A stretch of DNA of 64,000 bases from a virus. The stretch spans positions 24,727 through 88,726 of IMG/VR virus record IMGVR_UViG_3300034198_004780. One strand, 5' to 3'. The notes below the pieces were generated by a model, which did no database searches, was not told the origin of the DNA, and saw only the letters and a program-made list of their open reading frames with translations. Every line of letters starts with the position of its first letter. The first letter of the stretch is position 1. Positions 57,018-64,000 of this stretch are shown piece after piece. A program made the position numbers and the translations under genes.

Positions 57018-57938
57018 TTATTGGAGTCTTGCCAACTTGACCATTACTGCTGACAAGTTGATTTCTGGATCAGCAATGAGAGTATGATCTACTAGTCCTT
57101 GTTTAATAACCAATAAGGCTGCATCTTTTGTTTCTTCGTCTTTGCCAAATAACTCTAAGTTGTCATACATCCAACGATAGATACCTTCCATCTCTTCTGG
57201 TCGAGCAGTGCCACATAACAATTTACGAGCTTTTTGAATCTGTCCAGACTTGAACAAATCAACCATCTGTATCTTCCAGTCAGCTTGTCCGGCATCGGAC
57301 TTATTAGCACCCAACAACGCACCATCCTGGATATTCTGTTGAACAAAATTAATACACTTGCGTAGGTCTGGATAGGTCACTTTGACGTAGGTATCTAGAG
57401 TATCTAGATCAAACTCAATAGCTTCTTCTACTAATATGGTAGCAACACGAGCAGTAAACTCAGTTTGATCAATCGATCCAAAATGCATCTGTTGACAACG
57501 ACTATGGATAGCAGGAATAATTTGATTAGGATGATTGCAGGTCAGTATAAATCGTGAAGTGCTGGAATATTCTTCCATAACACCACGCATGGCCGCCTGG
57601 GCCGCTGGAGTTAGATAATCAGCCTCGTCAAGTAGTACAACTTTAAATGGACCAAATGGCATCATGCTAATGAAGTTTGTAATGCGATCACGAACCTCAT
57701 CGATACCACGCTCACGACTTGCGTTGATCTCCAGTATGTCAAACTCTTCGATACCGATCTCATTAAGCAGGAGTTTAGCCAGGGTAGTCTTACCAATACC
57801 TGGCGATCCACTCAACAACAGGTGCGGTATTGATCCTTCTTTAATCCAGTTGAGAATCTGCTTCTTTTGACCTTCATCTCGGAATACATACCCGTCTACT
57901 GTATTAGGCCTCCATTTTTCAACCCAAAGTTCGCGCAT
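57018..57938 (-). CDS. Clamp loader ATPase subunit (gp44/RFC-like)
   Basis: WVEKWRP, GSPGIGKT, INASRERG, LDEAD, SRC. Confidence 0.93.
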   Translation of the reverse strand: MRELWVEKWRPNTVDGYVFRDEGQKKQILNWIKEGSIPHLLLSGSPGIGKTTLAKLLLNEIGIEEFDILEINASRERGIDEVRDRITNFISMMPFGPFKVVLLDEADYLTPAAQAAMRGVMEEYSSTSRFILTCNHPNQIIPAIHSRCQQMHFGSIDQTEFTARVATILVEEAIEFDLDTLDTYVKVTYPDLRKCINFVQQNIQDGALLGANKSDAGQADWKIQMVDLFKSGQIQKARKLLCGTARPEEMEGIYRWMYDNLELFGKDEETKDAALLVIKQGLVDHTLIADPEINLSAVMVKLARLQ

Positions 57939-57980
57939 TTATTTCTTCCTTATCTAATATTAATATTACATCACACTCTT

Positions 57981-58017
57981 ATTATACAGAAAATAAAAGG
58001 GCCTGTCAAGGCCCTTT
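57981..58017 (-). promoter_or_regulatory. Sigma70 promoter with its -35 inside a terminator hairpin
   Basis: AAAGGGCC-TTGACA-GGCCCTTTT, then TATAAT at 17-nt spacing. Confidence 0.8.
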
Positions 58018-58036
58018 CTAACTAGTTTAACAGTTA

Positions 58037-58711
58037 TTATCGTCTGTTGCCAAATAGCTGTAGTAAGTTTAAGAACAAGTTGATAAAGTCCAAGTACAAG
58101 GATAATGCACCTAGTACTTCTTCACGTCCAGTATCGGTATCTCTTGCAACCAGCTCACGAATCTTTTGAGTGTCGTAGGCAGTTAGTCCTAAAAAAATAA
58201 TAATAGCAATAGCTGAAATAACCATTTGCATTACTGAACTACCAATAAAGATATTAACAACGCTGGCAATGATGATTGCAATTAAGCCTACAAACATAAA
58301 TGAGCCCACTGATGTCAAGTCCTTTTTGGTGAAGTAACCGTAAATGCTCATTGTTCCAAACAATACTGCTCCACCCATAAACGCTGTAAAGATGCTGCCC
58401 ATGGTATAGATTGCAAAGATTGTAGCAAAGCTCAGACCCATCAATGCGGCAAACACCTGCAAGAATACCTGTAGTCCTGCCTTGCTAAGATTATCTGCGG
58501 CAAATGTCATACCAAGGATTGCAACTAACGGAGCAAAAATTACAACCCATTTTAATGCCCCGGTAAAAAAGAATTGTAACAGCTCTGGACTAGTTCCTAC
58601 AAAATAACTTACAATCATACTGGTAAGTACAGCTAGACTCATGTTTCCATAAACACGCCCCATGGCCTCGTTAATGCCAGCGGCTGATCGATATACTCCT
58701 GTTGCGTACAT
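58037..58711 (-). CDS. Bax inhibitor-1/YccA-family membrane protein
   Basis: Seven TM segments, AYDTQKI, ALSLYLDFINLF. Confidence 0.92.
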   Translation of the reverse strand: MYATGVYRSAAGINEAMGRVYGNMSLAVLTSMIVSYFVGTSPELLQFFFTGALKWVVIFAPLVAILGMTFAADNLSKAGLQVFLQVFAALMGLSFATIFAIYTMGSIFTAFMGGAVLFGTMSIYGYFTKKDLTSVGSFMFVGLIAIIIASVVNIFIGSSVMQMVISAIAIIIFLGLTAYDTQKIRELVARDTDTGREEVLGALSLYLDFINLFLNLLQLFGNRR

Positions 58712-58714
58712 AAA

Positions 58715-59083
58715 CTACTCCTTAGTTAAAAATTGTGCTAACGATGGCGCAGTCCAACCTACCGGCTTAAGGACCTTACCATCTTCACGCTTGCGAACCT
58801 TGCCTGTTTCTTTGTCAATTTTAGCAAAGTTTGTATCCATAACTTCTTTCCATGCACCCTCTGCATCGGCACCCATCGAATGAATGGCACCAATAGTGAC
58901 GACTAGGATGTCAATAAGTGCATCTAATTGCTCTAATCGATCTTTATTAATTTCAGCAGTAGCAAGCTCGTTAAATTCTTCTTCAATAAGGTTTTTATAA
59001 AGCTCAAACTGCTGTGTATTTTCTACACCCACTGATTGGTCGCAGGCCTTCATAAATTTTTCTTGGTCTCTAAATGGGTTCAT
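58715..59083 (-). CDS. MazG-like NTP pyrophosphohydrolase
   Basis: LIEEEFNE...LDALIDILVV...N.AK...DGKVLKP. Confidence 0.85.
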   Translation of the reverse strand: MNPFRDQEKFMKACDQSVGVENTQQFELYKNLIEEEFNELATAEINKDRLEQLDALIDILVVTIGAIHSMGADAEGAWKEVMDTNFAKIDKETGKVRKREDGKVLKPVGWTAPSLAQFLTKE

Positions 59084-59466
59084 TAGGCACCTGGAATGTT
59101 AAAATTGAAATTACCACCAGCTGCAGCTGCAACGTTTCTTTGTGCGCCTTCTGGCTTCGAATCAGATATTAACATAATACCCTTGTTATCTGCCACCTGA
59201 AGATTGGTAATAGAGCCGTCCTCGTTTTCAAGTTCAAATGTGCGAGTCCAACGACCGTGTTCGATAAGAATCCAATCGCCAACTTTTACATCATGCTGAT
59301 CAGGACCTATAGCATACACACGACCCCAGCGAGGCTTAACACCACCGCCTTTTCCGTTGTCGCTTTGAAGTACAATACCGCCCTTAGTTGTTTCCTCACC
59401 AAACTCCATATCGGTAAAAAAAACTCTATCTTTAATTGGAACTACTTTTCCTTGGATCTTCATCAA
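59083..59466 (-). CDS. groES: GroES-like co-chaperonin
   Basis: PIKDRV, TKGGIVL, GRVYAIGP, VKVGD. Confidence 0.85.
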   Translation of the reverse strand: MMKIQGKVVPIKDRVFFTDMEFGEETTKGGIVLQSDNGKGGGVKPRWGRVYAIGPDQHDVKVGDWILIEHGRWTRTFELENEDGSITNLQVADNKGIMLISDSKPEGAQRNVAAAAGGNFNFNIPGA

Positions 59467-59675
59467 TTGCCTTGTGCTTTAGGATCTTGTTTGTTGTAAT
59501 GGTCGCCTACAATATCTTCACGCTTGCGAACAACTACTCCACCTGGCCCTAATTCATCGCCGCGAGCATTCATACGAACATTACCCACTGCTGGCATTGT
59601 TTCGTTGCGTGAAGCCAATGATTCCATATCAACTTGTTTTCCCTGCATACTACGATATACCTTACGTTCAGCCAT
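59463..59675 (-). CDS. Hypothetical protein
   Basis: 70-aa ORF with AAGGAG SD. Confidence 0.7.
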   Translation of the reverse strand: MAERKVYRSMQGKQVDMESLASRNETMPAVGNVRMNARGDELGPGGVVVRKREDIVGDHYNKQDPKAQGN

Positions 59676-60201
59676 TTTGTTTCTCCTTTAAGAATTCATG
59701 GATGTCTAAATTGTATTTTAGACTGTCGACTTTATGGATCCCAAGCAAGTATAATATATAGCTCGCGACACTAGATCCTCTACCTACTCCCCACACGATC
59801 TTATTTTCACGCATGGTGTCTACTAAGTATTTAAGATAATACAAGAGGTCGAACATGCCATGCTGAATGTATAATTCTAACTCTGTACTAACTCGTTTTG
59901 TCTGCTCTGGAGTAGAGCACAGGCCATACAGCATCTCTACTAGGTTTGGACAGTAATCATCAGGCATAAACCACCGGGCTTGATTGGCTCGATCAAACTC
60001 TGCTACACTGACCTCTGGATCCACACAAAATTGTACAAAACCAGCTTTATCATAATTTTTCTTTACACTTTCATTGAAAATTGTACAAATCGCCGGATTG
60101 TCTAAGAAAATTGTTCCAAGGTCTGTAATTTTACCAGAGTACAGAGCGTCAAAAGCTTCTTGAGCATTTAACACAACTTGTCCGTATTCTGTGATTTTCA
60201 T
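59668..60201 (-). CDS. Stand-alone fragment homologous to DNA polymerase III alpha (DnaE)
   Basis: RVSTEL...WGVGRGSSVASYILYLLGIHKVD...FL; ends before the catalytic PDxD. Confidence 0.75.
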   Translation of the reverse strand: MKITEYGQVVLNAQEAFDALYSGKITDLGTIFLDNPAICTIFNESVKKNYDKAGFVQFCVDPEVSVAEFDRANQARWFMPDDYCPNLVEMLYGLCSTPEQTKRVSTELELYIQHGMFDLLYYLKYLVDTMRENKIVWGVGRGSSVASYILYLLGIHKVDSLKYNLDIHEFLKEKQNG

Positions 60202-60206
60202 ACCTT

Positions 60207-60235
60207 ATTATAACAGGTATTGTCTGCAGGGTCAA
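60207..60235 (-). promoter_or_regulatory. Sigma70-type promoter, probably leaderless
   Basis: TTGACC-17 nt-TATAAT with ATG 5 nt downstream. Confidence 0.75.
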
Positions 60236-60474
60236 CCTATGTTGATAAGTCCGTCCAAATCTTTGTTTTGTTTGGACATGAGCTTTTTGCTAGCTTCATA
60301 TTGTCGTCTTACTGTTTCTTCCCGTAGAGATTCTAGCACCATTGCTACCTGTTGCGCCAGGGCGCTATTACCAACTCTGAGAGCAATACTGTATTTTTTA
60401 TTAAGATCAGTCATGCGGCTTTCGAGGTCTGCATCCTTTAGCTGAGTAAGATCTTCTAGAAGTGGATTAAACAT
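60232..60474 (-). CDS. Small coiled-coil hypothetical protein
   Basis: 80-aa ORF. Confidence 0.65.
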   Translation of the reverse strand: MFNPLLEDLTQLKDADLESRMTDLNKKYSIALRVGNSALAQQVAMVLESLREETVRRQYEASKKLMSKQNKDLDGLINIG

Positions 60475-60476
60475 AA

Positions 60477-61568
60477 TTAATTATATAGATCTCGCTTACA
60501 ATAATATATTGTTGCCCCACCGTCGTACGAATATAAATGATAAACTACTCTATTTGTAATATTGTATGTGCTTGTAGCTTCTACAGTTTCTTCAAATCGT
60601 AAGGTTTGTCCAGGAGTAGTCGACATTCGAATTTCGTATAATTGAGTAAGATCGGACGCAACTGGCGCAAAATAATATGTAGTTCCTTCAACAAAATTAT
60701 ATCCCGGAAATACTGTTATTGTTCTGTTATCGACTACTTTGTCAATGTATGTAACAGCGTCGGTACTGGCAGTAACAGTGCTTGATAAGAATACACCATA
60801 TCCGCGTGCCAACCCTGCAGTTCCTAAATAGCCGTCAACTAATCGATCGTACACGGAAACAATCGTAGATGTTGATCCGTAGGTAGTACACGAGCTTCTA
60901 AATTCAGTATTTGCAACAAAGGCCGAGTTAGCTCCTGTAAATCCTACTTCTACAGAAATTGGAGAGTAATTTCCGCTAGTTGGCCAATTTGTTATTTTTA
61001 ATGAGGTTAACGAATTTCCTGTTACATCAACTGTTACTTTTTGATATCTTCCATTATTATAATCTAATGTAATATCGGTAGAATTTGCAGTAGTGGTATA
61101 GAGTTTTGGAACTACAGCATACTTATGATCAGCAAAGTATAGTTGATTAACCCCTGAGATATTTAGATAATTGTTTGCAGTTGAAATAACAGCAACACCG
61201 ACATTAATATTATTTGCTACAAAAAGATTTGTTAAAGTTCCAATTGATGTAATATTATCAAATGGAATATTTGTAATTAAACTTCCGTCTCCAATAAATC
61301 TACCCTGAGTAGTAATATCTCCAGAATTAACAATACTAACTGAATTAATTGTTGTACCCGTAAAAATAGTAGGAGTAGTAATGTTTGATAGCTGACTAGC
61401 AATGCCTTCCTGAATTACTTGAATATCTGTAATTTCTGCGGCTGTAACATCAAACGCATTTTTAATATTACCAAAAATATCTCTAAATCCCTGAGTGTCG
61501 TTGTCTTGACCAGGAACAGGATATCCAGTATCGATATTCGAGCTAAAATTAGTAATTGTTGATGACAT
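60477..61568 (-). CDS. Putative virion fibre/tail protein
   Basis: YPVPGQDNDTQGFRD N-terminus, FIGDGSLITNI fibre motif, ATAAATA at 61589-61595. Confidence 0.6.
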   Translation of the reverse strand: MSSTITNFSSNIDTGYPVPGQDNDTQGFRDIFGNIKNAFDVTAAEITDIQVIQEGIASQLSNITTPTIFTGTTINSVSIVNSGDITTQGRFIGDGSLITNIPFDNITSIGTLTNLFVANNINVGVAVISTANNYLNISGVNQLYFADHKYAVVPKLYTTTANSTDITLDYNNGRYQKVTVDVTGNSLTSLKITNWPTSGNYSPISVEVGFTGANSAFVANTEFRSSCTTYGSTSTIVSVYDRLVDGYLGTAGLARGYGVFLSSTVTASTDAVTYIDKVVDNRTITVFPGYNFVEGTTYYFAPVASDLTQLYEIRMSTTPGQTLRFEETVEATSTYNITNRVVYHLYSYDGGATIYYCKRDLYN

Positions 61569-61600
61569 ATATATTTTCCGTTGTCGTATATTTATGTATC

Positions 61601-63295
61601 TTAAAGTGTGCGTTTAATTCTTGAGCGAGGATATACTGCTCCCGATATCGGTCTGGGACTGTAGTTAACCTTAGGAAAAGCCAGTCCAACAGTTTCACGT
61701 TCTTCTTTATAGGCTAGATATTTGTTTTCAGATCCTTGTAAAGAATTAAGATCAGTAGTTCCGCCTCCTGTATCGCCCATCTGAGCATTTTTGGCATAGT
61801 ATGCTAGATATTCGATTGCCTTGGCCTGTGTCATGTTAGGGTAAGTTTCCAGCATTGCGGCTATGACTCCACATACTTGCGGACTTGCCATACTGGTTCC
61901 AGAACTTTTACCAATCTTGTAGGTACTATTTCTAGGATCGTTAACCCCACCAAAACTAAGAGTGCTGTTAAAAGAACTCATGATATTTTGTCCCGGAGCA
62001 TATAAATCTACTCTAGGTCCACAATTGCTAAATGTTGCTTTGTATTCTGCCACAGACGATCCTACTGCACCTATACACAGTACTGCAGGAACTGAGCCTG
62101 GTGCAGATCCTTGGCGATAATACCAGGAGTAATTCACGACCCCATACTTTGCCACAAATCGATTATTGTAATCTATACCACTAGGTACATCAATGTTAGC
62201 AGATTCGTTTCCGGCAGCCGCTACAACAATAATTCCGTCAGCAATGGCATCTGTAATATCTGCCGCGGTGGCGTTGCTGTAGTACGGTATTTCAGTGATT
62301 GGATTATCTTCGGTTCCTGCCTTTGCGTAAACCCCAACTGCGGTCAACTGAGTTTTTGTTAAAGGAGTAACAAAATTAGTATCGCCGCTGGCTAGTCCTC
62401 GATATATTGCGTAGGTAGGTCCAGTTGTTGTATATCCCACGCTATTAGGAAAGGTCAGTGACGCCCCATAACTACAATTACATATTGTGGGATTGCGTCT
62501 GCCAGTAACTGGATTGACAGGTTTGCTATTATGCCACGCTCGAACGTAGTCCCATAGTTCTAATGCGTTAAGCCCGTTGGGATCTGTACTATATGGGCTT
62601 ATATTATATATGTTTGCTTTTCTAGCCCAACCTTGTGTATTACCAGCAACTGTTCCGGCAACGTGTGCACCGTGATTGTTATCTCTGGTAAGATTGACAT
62701 CAGCTCCACTATACGGAGTATAGACGTATGTTCCATTTGCCCCACCACTGACTACATTGGTAAGTGATAGCCAATTAAATTGTACAACTCTAGAACCGCC
62801 AGTTCCGTCTGCATTTAATGCATACTCCGGATGAGCTGGATCTATAAGACCATCAATAATTACCACGTCAACATTACGACCTTCTGCGTTTACCTGTATG
62901 GTACCTGTTTCAGAAGCATTTCCATTGCTGCCCCAATTACTCCTTTGTTGACCAATCACTGATCTTAGTAATCCCCAATTTTTATAATTGGAATTGTTAG
63001 ATGATGATTTGTCCCATGTGGCTGATTGTGTATAAAATGGTTGTATGCTGTCTAATTCTAATTGCAGTGGACTAACTGACAGCACCCTAGGATCGTTCTG
63101 TAGATTAGCAGCCTCTTCAGCAGTTAACATGTAATTGGTATTGCGACTAAGAGGTCGTCTCTTTGTGCTTTCTACTGCTCGATCTGGAATATACAAATCT
63201 CCACCGAGAGTCTCTATGTCGTGATAAAATCCTTCAAGATCATCGTAATTTTTTAAGGTAACAACATATTCCTGTTGTGTTAAATTTGTGGACAT
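61601..63295 (-). CDS. Subtilisin-like S8 serine protease
   Basis: Catalytic triad VVIIDG / HGAHVAG / GTSMASP, oxyanion AAGN, N-terminal propeptide-like region. Confidence 0.92.
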   Translation of the reverse strand: MSTNLTQQEYVVTLKNYDDLEGFYHDIETLGGDLYIPDRAVESTKRRPLSRNTNYMLTAEEAANLQNDPRVLSVSPLQLELDSIQPFYTQSATWDKSSSNNSNYKNWGLLRSVIGQQRSNWGSNGNASETGTIQVNAEGRNVDVVIIDGLIDPAHPEYALNADGTGGSRVVQFNWLSLTNVVSGGANGTYVYTPYSGADVNLTRDNNHGAHVAGTVAGNTQGWARKANIYNISPYSTDPNGLNALELWDYVRAWHNSKPVNPVTGRRNPTICNCSYGASLTFPNSVGYTTTGPTYAIYRGLASGDTNFVTPLTKTQLTAVGVYAKAGTEDNPITEIPYYSNATAADITDAIADGIIVVAAAGNESANIDVPSGIDYNNRFVAKYGVVNYSWYYRQGSAPGSVPAVLCIGAVGSSVAEYKATFSNCGPRVDLYAPGQNIMSSFNSTLSFGGVNDPRNSTYKIGKSSGTSMASPQVCGVIAAMLETYPNMTQAKAIEYLAYYAKNAQMGDTGGGTTDLNSLQGSENKYLAYKEERETVGLAFPKVNYSPRPISGAVYPRSRIKRTL

Positions 63296-63299
63296 GATA

Positions 63300-64000
63300 T
63301 TAATTCTCTAATTGTACTAGAGTTAAGGTAACAGTAATAGCCGCTGCCCCACCTGAATTATTTGTTACCGCACATTGTATATTGTTTGTTGCAAGAGTCT
63401 CATCGTTAAATCCAAAAACTCCCGGACTCATAACAACTGTTCCAGTAGCCAGTGTAATAATTTCAGCAATTACTCCCGAACCAGGTAGTGGGTCTGTTCC
63501 CTGTGCTCTACCGGCATCGGCTATTCTTGCTGCGGCAGTTGTATACAATCGAACCCAACTTGCTGTATTGGTTTGTACTTTTTGTAGAAGATAGCTTTTA
63601 AATCCTGTTATTGATATATTACCAGTGGCTCCGTTGGCTATGGGTGCTGTAGTTGCTGACACTGATGTTCTTGACGGAAATAAATTAGCCCATGATAAAG
63701 AATTTGCGCCATCTGTAATTAACGCCTGTCCGCTGCTGCCAGTAGCAACAGGATAGGCCATAACAGAATTATCAACAGATACAACTCCTGCAAGAATAGC
63801 TAAACCTGCGCCAACCTTAACTCCACCTAATATGGTATTGCTGGCAGTCGGTAATGTGTAGGCAGATGCTGCACTGATAACGCCACTACCATTGATTGTG
63901 ACAGTAGTGCCATCAACCTTAACTCCACCTAATGTGGTATTGCTAGCTGTTGGTAATGTGTAAGGTGTTGGGATATTAACAGAAATAGTGCCATCACCTG
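63300..64000 (-). CDS. Fibre-like virion protein, 5'-truncated at window edge
   Basis: Frame open to the window end; YTLPTASNTxLGGVKV repeats; GSSGQALITDG motif. Confidence 0.7.
   Translation of the reverse strand, partial: GDGTISVNIPTPYTLPTASNTTLGGVKVDGTTVTINGSGVISAASAYTLPTASNTILGGVKVGAGLAILAGVVSVDNSVMAYPVATGSSGQALITDGANSLSWANLFPSRTSVSATTAPIANGATGNISITGFKSYLLQKVQTNTASWVRLYTTAAARIADAGRAQGTDPLPGSGVIAEIITLATGTVVMSPGVFGFNDETLATNNIQCAVTNNSGGAAAITVTLTLVQLEN
63812..63962. repeat. Coding direct repeat, two ~49-bp copies at 102-bp period
   Basis: CAACCTTAACTCCACCTAAT...GTAATGTGTA at 63812 and 63914. Confidence 0.85.

Noticed and set aside
1383-63594. Many short antisense or nested ORFs in the ORF track
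   Set aside because: Shadows of long motif-bearing genes, without SD or recognisable motifs.
1-64000. CRISPR array, tRNA/rRNA genes, diversity-generating retroelement, stop-codon recoding
   Set aside because: No spaced repeats, cloverleafs or reverse transcriptase seen by eye; known genes are full length in the standard code. A tRNA scan was not run.

Overview
A 64-kb slice of a large AT-rich dsDNA tailed phage genome, probably a jumbo phage with T4-like replication genes. Spanins indicate a Gram-negative host, and the standard genetic code gives intact ORFs. From left to right: a left-truncated >3,500-aa virion protein and four paralogous fibre-like genes (+ strand); a long minus-strand early/replication arm (MoxR-like AAA plus vWA/metallopeptidase, RNase H-like flap nuclease, a 7-deazaguanine DNA-modification locus interrupted by four free-standing endonucleases, sliding clamp, family-B polymerase); a late cluster of basic, modular proteins including a 1,427-aa multi-enzyme polyprotein; then ClpA/PDF/DnaJ, holin and spanins, PhoH, clamp loader, YccA, MazG-like, GroES, a DnaE fragment, a subtilase and further fibre genes. 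Best candidates for undescribed biology: (1) a deazaguanine pathway whose TGT/DpdA-like enzyme carries the same C-terminal peptide as the polymerase's presumed clamp-binding tail, beside an HRH-type T-fold enzyme and a glycosyltransferase; (2) a putative capsid-packaged, protease-processed effector cluster; (3) structured 5' leader RNAs on endonuclease genes, the polymerase gene and folE. All calls come from reading motifs by eye; no database search or folding was run.
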